Assembly (NCBI GenBank): GCA_015233405.1 | Contig: JADFXT010000002.1 | Location: 132,451-196,450 of the forward strand | Direction: 5' to 3' | From: Candidatus Omnitrophota bacterium | GTDB taxonomy: Bacteria > Omnitrophota > Gorgyraeia > Zapsychrales > Zapsychraceae | Length of the DNA: 64,000 bases | Part shown: positions 54,301 through 60,384 of the stretch, piece by piece | Layout of the letters: every line of letters starts with the position of its first letter | How positions within the stretch are numbered: the first letter of the stretch is position 1 | Notes under the pieces: generated by a model | What the model was told of the DNA's origin: nothing | What the model saw: the letters and a program-made list of their open reading frames with translations, nothing else | Database searches by the model: none | Position numbers and translations under genes: made by a program

Positions 54301-54513
54301 ATGAAATGGATTGTCGGGATGAATTTTAACGCCTTTAAGAAGCGGCGGGATATAAGTTGGTGACAGATTAACTTTTGTTCCAGGCGCCGGCAGGTTCAAT
54401 GTCTGCGCGTAGCTCGGCGGGACAATGGATGTAAACGTAAACGCAAGAAGAATAAAGACACAGATGCCCTTGATATATAATTTCTTTTGAATTTTGGGTA
54501 ACGCGTTCTTCAT
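45304..54513 (-). CDS. giant exported multi-enzyme protein (3069 aa): signal peptide, conserved N-module, HAD, GT2, unassigned module, kinase-like, pol-beta NTase, CDA-like deaminase, conserved C-module
   Basis: One uninterrupted 9.2-kb ORF with a Sec-type signal peptide (KKLYIKGICVFILLAFTFTSIVPPSYA|Q).
- HAD: LDADNF (D421/D423, nt 53245-53253) and GGDAVSD (D619).
- GT2: residues ~757-1000 (VVLVDNNSPD, FFLNNDS, DEDD 970-973), nt 51514-52251.
- Kinase-like: FFLKT, LMEEISG, SDRKVVQN (D1983..N1989) and VDHDF (2014-2016), nt ~48334-48996.
- NTase: AGGTVRRLL...ADLDMF (G2170-G2171, D2188/D2190), nt ~47644-48096.
- Deaminase: HAE (2616-2618, nt 46660-46668) and SCENC (C2644/C2647).
- The N-module (residues 37-377) and C-module (2991-3069) are shared with the neighbouring gene. 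Confidence 0.85.
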   Translation of the reverse strand: MKNALPKIQKKLYIKGICVFILLAFTFTSIVPPSYAQTLNLPAPGTKVNLSPTYIPPLLKGVKIHPDNPFHLEFILDKGDLNNGAEQLKMESTRLIKYFLASLTVPEKDLWVNLSPHEKNRIIPDAFGVTEMGRDLLAQDYILKQITASLMYPEGKIGKEFWNKIYAEAKNRFGTTDIPVDTFNKVWIVPEKAVVYENKDSAYVVEAKLKVMLEEEYEALEQTKDHRQKTIDQPSAEKRSMVSGLSSMVIRQIIIPAIEKEVNTGKNFAQLRQVYHSLILAVWFKDKVKESLLGKAYVDQNKIDGVDIPDKAAKDKIWAQYVETFKKGAYNYIKEDYDPVTQQIVPKKYFSGGAGLNQIRKVYRKTTDLATLPEGISDRAMVVESNFSPVNPIRPVKENSKIGPTFPMSWSKESENYIFLDADNFLWKGWDLVDNIYGEIYWRIKNDIDVNTPIELSDADLKQGREYHRSHTHLLGPDHIPEIIHELKQEKGSSWTPKNTIAEYQSLFERLFKAGFKETTRKMPGVDEFFVSLEKKRQEGFPIHLILLSHATQLEVDLRVQEYGLKFEVARGIPWDYKKMGFGDAGSFKANYIAAYVRKSIANQSGKEAKKVFVAMGGDAVSDIKAAQMATEAGIPTVGFAATTGKSSKEELLKAGARVVVDSLEKVDKILESFSETGLETVILKQDILTIIEDVRKNHPLTADILKERLELRSPQDIDALKYLKEDAQWFKDHPSVSGTYEEHEKNIETFATNPKVSIVVLHYGMTPESTVRLLNTLARQTYENFEVVLVDNNSPDKFSDHFETELRPALPERIRDKIKLVRNRSNISFTGGNNQAAHIAMRGGSEFVFFLNNDSVLDPKALEKMITKFRSRPDVGALQSLLVALSPELEESMNEVGKTGNISEPLIKAEIKASDELRKGLSHDEGFLDPQDPDLFHRVPALQGMAMMLRANVLHLSGGFDSRLFMYKDEDDASYLLRRTGFKQAIIANTAVFHGRFDYIHKPRNQYFLWKNSFLLAEKFWQKSEQDPAWKVFDYYSLYRLLGPSLMKSKWGNNQITGSVFDRIREVIKRQKPNSIDLDLIFLNIFKGMYDGMMGSFEPTREDRNVDENGLIQKYSVLIGQMKTTKEILRFLIDEKDPYYSRLKIFALDKERPSLARISVMNGEERTELLNKLESFFDQWKAWVTSPGHNEKTILVIRQNLAQIIDAMVKENSVGPADKAMATGTLKQTKGYGTFSNGHWVRANKNDKEAVAIAILEIPPDSGIEMGLYVDDSFFGLLSAIDRKTNQIVYRKGKTVLSTKELDIRRDHMKTFEVIQEELRSKEEAKGRDIVASSSADNLYVNKPIVSLVDGKLLYAMKTDGTFYDVESRKCPILIMWKDKPPTIEENVTFKLKSGLGTTETDIYIEKEGKQPVTDRVRSATFVQLIMRNGAFVKPNESAASIDWYDDVKHLISTAYFDDKDFNGIRVGASGGLSFGIDQLLENKELLKQAVNHSVQLKLSLPIDEFRNGNIRDQEKLLANKLTEKLNALRYTEKTKEDESVVNRGDYKINLGSGEIEIFFKENNFPFHIIGTKEDGTIIDVAVDGEKQKYGPTIRSAYQLMKQLGAKNAGILDQGNTVRIAVKTDKGDEHLFKRVGERDLITRLGGNIKFSQQLYYTVKKKDLVKTSASPIQNNAQGVLDQAMTTGAPAGGEKNNDAIPSSEMKENVRLLKEFGLVEQDAVWLVRHVYNFVKKNKTAVDADPRLLVESMVDKKLLALPFTGYPQKEKLNPGMFQNFMVIQRDLINDIPMGIRIKIFSSKILSGEVEKNIRSFLSDFLTKGSTLSAQQRSFLEKLHFNQDLEPQGVKLSKIEDFSSGRIMTANQIVYRITLRNVDGNEIRFFLKTSAVREKMPPGVQYNETFFYKITRLLGLPSITAEFYPLKQKGIHGMTLMEEISGSDTQTFFDLFERRYRFKENVFPKKEQIIESLARWAAVGDFLGRSDRKVVQNVHHGFPANYMILSKNKNSVELLAVDHDFLLQKSSQMISGFLNGNAELDILTALSEFSTEAGRNKLFTQYRNTYLYQIRQIQKHLDQIKALIAETYGETSPQMQSWQENLQLMADPDALLNKQFSLVMAFYNNNRLREIPLPGGIDGLRSVPGKTTVKDVLELIRNIEKEHGWPSGTIVMAGGTVRRLLTGEETLREGADLDMFIGLSEDDPNKEVLGRKVLDALRQTLGGQNEVKNITEPQESWVWHGIHLDYLGVYDTKTLTVKYKANLFSTAVEPIAEMWVDSSGVIYAPDGGIEDLLINKIARLKKRQGAGDDWKLKLTPHGVLRTIGYKFEYGLKFDDETKEIVENIYKDRTRTPYYSWNWKWIDFAPKYRAMLASGMVNESLLNEMKTILTHKNQESNLREIEEIIKTGNIERARRFFEDIAPFNLDKETTRKIIFRAATFEQALQARRYLAAVGYEENIAKKIGIDLDALLMERMKREKWEKQDKKILLKAIGRELANVSTEFGNYTEENIQGFVDRVLGREKGYQAEIPEAFRKNQKLRDILVIGATLYLVREKELNPDKTAPVFAITVNNEDWKTIVSNRPKHQFIPGQNWPDSYKERIGLIDVWPKDKNFVKMDTEEHAEMNALSRAASNGWEMKNTDVYISLESCENCAFGIGYIFKPRRVVIATLDAFIGIQGKGNQITTDALGKERLNILEGELNKLAQDYNSDDYDASPQSLSLGDKFINPNFTDDDNIAPLINAIKREESFKEVIKDESLEKLNGAAWLNELLKKENLYDPRKIPLNSKMGLGLMNLIQKATANPKEYAKRKLNRRLLEYLFPDLCPLMKYNFAAKPEWESNFKDKNALLGKIYKIINTKAYPKVKTQRKLRTTVFYLLKNLGRLPKGMQILPVDANNTGATIEREGEAKYASFMDEMARERIKYPQGDNFKIIFLGTKENIKKRYAELEASGLLGHGNDLIGKVKCIVISNKPTLRNFKYIDYEILDKITGPDAAMSSSSENKSPGGIDLTGDKMNVQVQNEGEGIQFKFDPAMIEQLQNASGLTPVIIDIRPMTTTVPMFLGMAQNPPEKLSLR

Positions 54514-54683
54514 TCTGTTTCAATCTCCAAATAATTTCTTTGAACTTGAAATCCAAGTAAGAAAAACAAAGTTGCGTCCGCTCTTTATTGATTTAAGAGG
54601 CTATCTTTTATGGCTGGATATGCCTTTGTTAAAAGGCGAAAGGGAAAGATAGTGGCAACCCTTTTATTAATAATTATATTAAA

Positions 54684-54712
54684 AGTATGCCATATAATAT
54701 GAGAAAAACAAG
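54684..54712 (-). promoter_or_regulatory. candidate promoter of the giant gene
   Basis: Minus strand: TTGTTT (54706-54711), 16 nt, CATACT (54684-54689). The same CATACTTTT -10 context occurs at the pilin module promoters. The -35 element is weak. Confidence 0.3.
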
Positions 54713-54736
54713 GTCAGGAGGATTTTAAGGCGGTTT

Positions 54737-57700
54737 TTAACTTCGCGAGCCTAATAATAGAAATGATTTTTGAATAGGATTAATATTAATTATAATGGGT
54801 GAAAAGCCTTCGAATTCATCTTCCAGGAGATGGTTGATCTGTGCTGGATCGAACTGAACATGAATGACGTTTCCTTGGCGCTGAATATTGATTGCATTTA
54901 AATCAACGCCTCCGACGTTATTAACGGCCATTGCCGAGTCTTTCTTGGGGCCGAGCCCTTCTCTTGTTTCGTGAATGATATTTGAAAGGGACGTCCCATC
55001 AAAAAGCCTCTGGTCTTGTTGTTGATTTTGTGCATGGGCCACCAGCGTTTTTAGAAAAGCCGCTGTGCCGACGTGTTCGTGGCCAATAGAGTTTTCCGAC
55101 AGGCCGTTAGGAATTTCTTTGCTCGAATTTGTTGAGACACTAATCGCTCTATTCAATCCGATCTTCTTAAAAGCGGGCATATCATTTCCATATTCTTTTT
55201 CATCATCTCCGAGATAGACGGCGTCGATTTCATTGACCTTCCCCGTATCTAATTGTATTAAGGCCTCGTCTTTGTACCGTTCAATTTCCACTAAATTCCC
55301 TTGGGGGTCGATAAAAAATAGATTTCCTCCTCCGTTAGCAGAGATAAGAAATCGATTCCTAAGATGAGCGGGTATTCCTTTCCCTGCGATTAGCCTGTCT
55401 TTTGTCGCCTGGATATCGTTTCCGGTCACTAAGATATAAACGCCACCAGCTTTAAGATATTCAATAAAAGAATTATACCCTTCGCTCTCTTCCAGATTGG
55501 GATTTGCCGTTGCGGTTGGTTTTCCATACAATGTCCCATCGCCGTCAGAGAAAATAATTGTTTTTGTCTTCCTTGAATTGATGGAAGGTCCTGGAGTATA
55601 ACCGATGGTTTCTAATATGACGTCAAAGTTTTCAGCAACGTATTTGATCGGAAGTGATTTATCCACGCCCACGGCATTGATCTCAAGCGTCATGTATCCT
55701 CCCTCTCGAATAGAAAGATTTTCTAACCCCGCCGTAGATCTTAGGGTGTTTGCCGCTTTTATTCGATATTCCAGAGGAATGCCTGTGACCTTCACTTGAG
55801 TAGATCGACCAGTATTTTGATCAACGCCCAGCAAAGTAATATTCGGAAATGAGGCCCTTTTTAATAAATTCGCATCTGAGAATTCTTCCGGGGACTCCTG
55901 AAATTGCTGGGCGGCTTTCCAAATAGCATTGCTAGTAATATTTTTATATGGAGAGTTCTGGGGGTCTTTGGCGTACTGGGAAAGTTCTCCATAAAACTGC
56001 CGCAATTGTTCGGCGGCATTTGCTATCAACTGATGTTCTGTTTCTTTCGGAATCAGGATGCTGCGGTCTATGGCATTTTGGGCCATTTTTCTATACGATT
56101 TCGCCACAGCTTTCCAGCTTTCGCTTAATTGTTCTGGGCTGTCTTCTGAAATAATCGGCAGGGTGACTTCTCCAAAATATTGTTCCCGTATTTTATCCAG
56201 CTCGTCGCGCATATCCGTTATCCTTTTCAAGAGATCATCACTTATTCCCTGATCTTTTAAAATGTGGCGAATTTTTTCAGAGGAATTGAAATTATCTCCC
56301 GGCCATCTTCTGTTTACCATAATTTGTAAAACATTCCGTATTTCGTTAGCTAAGAAAAAGGAATCTTCTAATGTCTGGACTTGTTCTTTGGTTAGCCGTC
56401 CAGGCTCTAGGAATTGGGCAAAATGGCTCTCGTCGTAAATGCCATGGCCGATATTAAATTTCAAGGATAAGGCTTTCATCAGCATATCGATGGGGCTGTA
56501 AAGGTTTTCTTTAATTCCAGCGATTAGACTGTCCGGAGTTTCATTTTTCCAGTTCAAACGATCTTTAATGGCGTCATTGTACATGTTTAAGATCGCTGTT
56601 TTTCGCGTATTGATCTGCTCGATTTGCTGAACATAAAATGTTTCAAAATTCCCGTGGTTGATGTTGATTGAAAGAATATTTCCTCCATAAAAACTCTCAG
56701 GACTTTTTTCCTGTTTGGGATCATTGATGTTGTAGGTATCCATAAGCATGGTCCAGAAGTCAACCTTAATGCCGACAACGAAAAATAATTTGACTAAAAG
56801 CTCGTCGACATCTTCGAGCTTTGGACCTTGATAAATCAGATCAAGATCTGAAGCGATTGACTTGGTGTCATGAAAATAAATAAAGGCATCTTGATCTGCG
56901 GGGATGCCAAGTTGTGCCCAGGCGATTGTTAAGATCCGCTGGCTCAATGCGGCAAGAAAGTTATTATTGGTGATTTGAATTTCTCTGGCGATTTCATGAT
57001 AATTTTTTGTCGAACGTATCAAATTTTCTTGTTCAGCTTTAAATTCTCTATATTTTTTTCTTAATTCGATTAACGAATCCTGAGGTGTAATTTCTGGCAT
57101 CGCTATGGAGAAAGGATTATTGGAGAGATTGATTTTTCGGTCTTCTCCGATTCGCACAACAGGTCTTAAATGAGATAAATCTCTTCCTAAAAGGCTTGTG
57201 CCTAAATGGCTAACAATATCAGAAAGGGTTTGACTCGTGATCCATGGATCGCTGACATCGACGCCTAATCCGATTAAAATATCAATTAATCGGAATAACT
57301 CCGTATAAGTAACTCCTTGATAGAATAATTTTTCAAAAATATCATAAATATACGGAGAATCCCATGACTCTTGAAGTAAAGCCTTGATTTCTAAATCTTT
57401 GATTCCCATTATGCGTGTTTGGGCATAATTTTTAAAAGATTGCTGTAACTGCTCTTTATCTTGCTCAGTCCTAGCCGGAGTAATGATGATTGTTAAGCTC
57501 AACATTTCCCCAGAGATTGTAACTGCCGACATTGCAGCGTCGGTGTCAACATGATCGGGCATTATCCTGCTAATTCCACCGGAAAAATATTTTTTCGGAA
57601 TGATTTGACCGTCCGGCGTTGCGCTTTCTTTAATATAATTAAATGCGCCTTTCTTATAAGCCTGTAAGTAACGGTTATAAATTTCTTCTTTGACCGTCGG

Positions 57701-58585
57701 ATCGTTTAAGTGAACGCCGGCGACTTTCTTCTTATTTATATAGATGGTATCCAAAAGGCCATTTTGAATGGTTTGTTTATACCATTTGGCCAGAATGAGC
57801 GCTTCGTAAATCTGGCGTAGCGGAGCAAAATTTTTGCCTGTATTGACTTCTTTTTCAATCTCGGGAAGAATGATTTCACGGACAATTTGGGATGAAATAC
57901 TTGATGATTGGAGGGTTTGATTTTTTTGTTTGGCCACGTAATCTTCGTCCAGCAGGACCTTTAATGTCGATTTCGTTACGTAAGCAGAATTTCCATTTTC
58001 AAACACCTGCGCCTCATTAGGCAAAATCCAGACCTTATTGAAAACATTGGTCGGAATGTTCGTCGTGCCGAATTGCCGTTGGGCCTTTTCATAAATTTTA
58101 TTCCAGAATTCTTTGCCTAAATTTTTCTCCGGATATAAAAGGGATGCGGTTAACTGTTTAAGAATATAGTCTTGGGCTAATAAATCTCGGCCAAGTTCGG
58201 TTTGGCCTAACGATGGAGACGTGATCCGGTCTTTCTCGTAAGGCGAAAGGTTTACCCACAAGTCCCCTTCCGGCATAGTTAAACCTGCTAAGAAATATTT
58301 CGCAAGTCTAGTGGCCTCTTCTTTGACCGCCGTCATATCTTGCGAGCCGCGTCGTCCAGTGTCCACAATGAACTGAAATTCCAAAGGATTCTTGGGATTA
58401 ACAACGAGCCCTTTGATGAGGACGGGGGAAAAGGCTTCAGAAACGCTGACCATCGTCCCGGGTTCGGGAAGAGTTGAAACAAAGATGTTCTGGGAGTAGC
58501 TGGCTGTTGGACTAAAAGCCAGAAAGATGACTAGAACAAAACTGATGATTCTTCGACTAATCCTAAAAAAGAAGCCCCCTTGCAT
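54737..58585 (-). CDS. large exported multi-domain protein (1282 aa), paralogue of the giant protein: signal peptide, conserved N-module, GlnD/GlnE-like NTase region, HAD-IIB phosphatase, conserved C-module
   Basis: Signal peptide RRIISFVLVIFLAFSPTASYS|Q. The N-module (residues ~32-348) is collinear with the giant protein; shared strings include DLWVNLSP, GRDLLAQDYILKQ, KEFWNKIY, FNKVWI, IEKEVNTGKNFA, KKGA.NYIKE and PKKYFSGG. An SDLDLIY motif (D580/D582, nt 56840-56848) is followed by a helical region. HAD: FSDGDGTL (D1014/D1016, nt 55538-55546) and YLGDDEKEYGND. The C-module is residues 1220-1282. Confidence 0.85.
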   Translation of the reverse strand: MQGGFFFRISRRIISFVLVIFLAFSPTASYSQNIFVSTLPEPGTMVSVSEAFSPVLIKGLVVNPKNPLEFQFIVDTGRRGSQDMTAVKEEATRLAKYFLAGLTMPEGDLWVNLSPYEKDRITSPSLGQTELGRDLLAQDYILKQLTASLLYPEKNLGKEFWNKIYEKAQRQFGTTNIPTNVFNKVWILPNEAQVFENGNSAYVTKSTLKVLLDEDYVAKQKNQTLQSSSISSQIVREIILPEIEKEVNTGKNFAPLRQIYEALILAKWYKQTIQNGLLDTIYINKKKVAGVHLNDPTVKEEIYNRYLQAYKKGAFNYIKESATPDGQIIPKKYFSGGISRIMPDHVDTDAAMSAVTISGEMLSLTIIITPARTEQDKEQLQQSFKNYAQTRIMGIKDLEIKALLQESWDSPYIYDIFEKLFYQGVTYTELFRLIDILIGLGVDVSDPWITSQTLSDIVSHLGTSLLGRDLSHLRPVVRIGEDRKINLSNNPFSIAMPEITPQDSLIELRKKYREFKAEQENLIRSTKNYHEIAREIQITNNNFLAALSQRILTIAWAQLGIPADQDAFIYFHDTKSIASDLDLIYQGPKLEDVDELLVKLFFVVGIKVDFWTMLMDTYNINDPKQEKSPESFYGGNILSININHGNFETFYVQQIEQINTRKTAILNMYNDAIKDRLNWKNETPDSLIAGIKENLYSPIDMLMKALSLKFNIGHGIYDESHFAQFLEPGRLTKEQVQTLEDSFFLANEIRNVLQIMVNRRWPGDNFNSSEKIRHILKDQGISDDLLKRITDMRDELDKIREQYFGEVTLPIISEDSPEQLSESWKAVAKSYRKMAQNAIDRSILIPKETEHQLIANAAEQLRQFYGELSQYAKDPQNSPYKNITSNAIWKAAQQFQESPEEFSDANLLKRASFPNITLLGVDQNTGRSTQVKVTGIPLEYRIKAANTLRSTAGLENLSIREGGYMTLEINAVGVDKSLPIKYVAENFDVILETIGYTPGPSINSRKTKTIIFSDGDGTLYGKPTATANPNLEESEGYNSFIEYLKAGGVYILVTGNDIQATKDRLIAGKGIPAHLRNRFLISANGGGNLFFIDPQGNLVEIERYKDEALIQLDTGKVNEIDAVYLGDDEKEYGNDMPAFKKIGLNRAISVSTNSSKEIPNGLSENSIGHEHVGTAAFLKTLVAHAQNQQQDQRLFDGTSLSNIIHETREGLGPKKDSAMAVNNVGGVDLNAINIQRQGNVIHVQFDPAQINHLLEDEFEGFSPIIININPIQKSFLLLGSRS

Positions 58586-58753
58586 AAATTCCTTCCTTTT
58601 TATGGAAAGTAAATTTTATTGGCCAAGGTTAAGGCCAAATAACCTTGATAAAAGTATAAAACATTTATATATAATTTGCCACCTTAAGGCGGGTTTTGAT
58701 TTCATAAAGAAACAGGTAAAAATTTGGTCGAAAAAATCTGCTGTTCTGTTAAG

Positions 58754-59590
58754 ATGGAAAATATGGAATTTTCTAAAACAAAAAAAATACTTCCCATTAG
58801 CGATTACCACATACACACCTATCTCTGCGGGCACGCGGACGGCACGCCGGAGGAATATGTCAAACAGGCGATCAAGCGCGGTCTCAAAGAGATCGGGTTT
58901 TCCGACCATGCTCCCTTTCTTTCTCATGAGGACCCAAGCGTCACCATGAGCCTAAAGCAGTTTCCAGACTATTTTAAATTGGTTGATGCCCTTAAAAGGA
59001 AGTACAAAAAACAGATCGTCATTAAAACTGGGATTGAGGCGGATTTTATGGTCGGATATGAGAAAAAAACCGAGGAGCTTTTATCTCGCTATAAGTTTGA
59101 TTATATTATTGGTTCGGTTCATTTTATTAATGAATGGGCGTTTGATGATCCTAAAGAGCGGCCTAAGTGGCAGGGGCAGGACATTAACGGGATCTATGGG
59201 ACATACCATAAACTTCTTCGGAAGGCTGCGGGGTCAAAGATGTTCGATATTATGGCGCATGTGGATTTACTCAAAAAATTTGGCGACCGCCCGACGGAAG
59301 ATTTGTCTAAGGAAGTCCAGAAAACCGCGCGGGTTTTTAAGAAGTGCGGCGTGGCTGTCGAGATCAACAGTTCCGGATTACGCAAGCCCGTCAAAGAAAT
59401 TTATCCCTCCCTGCATGATTTAAAGATCTATTGTCAAGAAGGCGTCCCTATTGTCTTCGGTTCGGATTCCCACGAGCCCAACCAGGTCGCAATGGATTTT
59501 GATAAAGCGATTCAGTGGGCGAAAATGGCGGGATACAAACGATACATTACCTTGAGGTCTCGGAAAGTCGAACGGGTTATTAAAATCTAG
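58754..59590 (+). CDS. PHP-family histidinol-phosphatase (HisJ/HisK type)
   Basis: ISDYHIHTYLCGHADG (metal-binding HxH), GFSDHAP, GSVHF, AHVDL and GSDSH. The start is uncertain; I chose MENMEF at 58754, but 58724 and 58763 are possible. Confidence 0.75.
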   Translation: MENMEFSKTKKILPISDYHIHTYLCGHADGTPEEYVKQAIKRGLKEIGFSDHAPFLSHEDPSVTMSLKQFPDYFKLVDALKRKYKKQIVIKTGIEADFMVGYEKKTEELLSRYKFDYIIGSVHFINEWAFDDPKERPKWQGQDINGIYGTYHKLLRKAAGSKMFDIMAHVDLLKKFGDRPTEDLSKEVQKTARVFKKCGVAVEINSSGLRKPVKEIYPSLHDLKIYCQEGVPIVFGSDSHEPNQVAMDFDKAIQWAKMAGYKRYITLRSRKVERVIKI

Positions 59591-60207
59591 AAAAGAGTTT
59601 CCTGCTTTGCGTTTTCAATCTTAAAATTTGGTTTCTGCACGCTGAATTTTTCAAAAATGTCCTGAAATTTCTCCAGTTTTTGTTCTTCCGCCATATCCAA
59701 AAGACGAAGAAAGATATTTGCCGTGAGCTGAACGTCGGCTAACGCGCGGTGGGTTTCTTTGATCTTAATGCCAAAGGAAAGTGTGACAGAAGACAAGGTG
59801 TAACTGCTTAAATGCGGCAGAAAATGTTTTGCCATCTTTATCGTATCAATGGCGGGGTTCCCCGATTGAAGTTTTCTTCCGAGTAAAGAAAGTTGGTAGC
59901 AGACGAAGTCTAGATCGAATTTAATATTGTGCCCGACAATGCAGGCCCCGCCGACAAAATCAATGATTTCTGGTAAAATTTGACCAGCCTTAGGGGCGTT
60001 TTTGATCATGTCTTTGGTGATGCCATGAATATTTACCGCGCCGGCTGGGATAGGACACTCCGGATTGATCAGCGATTCAAAAGTTTGAGCCACTTCCCCA
60101 TTTTTGATTCGCATCGCGGCAATTTCGACGATCCTGTCCCCGTTTAAGGGCGATAGCCCGGTTGTCTCGACGTCTATAATGACAAATTCAGCTTGTTTTG
60201 ATTTCAT
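59587..60207 (-). CDS. DEDDh 3'-5' exonuclease (DNA polymerase III epsilon-like)
   Basis: ExoI FVIIDVETTGL, ExoII GHNIKFDLDF and ExoIII HRALADV. Confidence 0.8.
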   Translation of the reverse strand: MKSKQAEFVIIDVETTGLSPLNGDRIVEIAAMRIKNGEVAQTFESLINPECPIPAGAVNIHGITKDMIKNAPKAGQILPEIIDFVGGACIVGHNIKFDLDFVCYQLSLLGRKLQSGNPAIDTIKMAKHFLPHLSSYTLSSVTLSFGIKIKETHRALADVQLTANIFLRLLDMAEEQKLEKFQDIFEKFSVQKPNFKIENAKQETLF

Positions 60208-60271
60208 GTTTTGATTCCAATATTCTCTTTGCCGTTCCTGTTTCGTGTGTTTGTCATCCCTGCCATCTTTA

Positions 60272-60377
60272 TGTCATCCCCGCAAAAGCGGGGATCCAGG
60301 AAATGCTTTTAAGATTTCTTATCGTTACTAGAAATTCAACCCTTGGTACCTGGATTCCCGCTTTCGCGGGAATGACA
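60272..60377. repeat. MITE-like paired palindromic repeat (GTCATYCCCGC family), copy D
   Basis: TGTCATCCCCGCAAAAGCGGGGATCCAGG (60272-60300) ... CCTGGATTCCCGCTTTCGCGGGAATGACAGG (60349-60380). An extra half-site TGTCATCCCTGCC lies at 60252. It is intergenic between the exonuclease gene and ispG. Confidence 0.7.
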
Positions 60378-60384
60378 GGACTTT

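Noticed and set aside
54676-54692. Similarity between AAAAGTATGCCATATAA upstream of the giant gene and AAAGTATGGCATATAAAAA in the pilin modules, as a hint of shared regulation.
   Set aside because: The shared part is just the -10-like CATACTTTT context, which also occurs at the rplM promoter (38697-38704) and at 58651-58658. It most likely reflects the local promoter consensus rather than a specific regulon.
23589-60377. Repeated palindromes as a possible CRISPR array.
   Set aside because: The copies are tens of kb apart and occur as inverted pairs. They are not regularly spaced direct repeats with unique spacers, and no cas genes are present.
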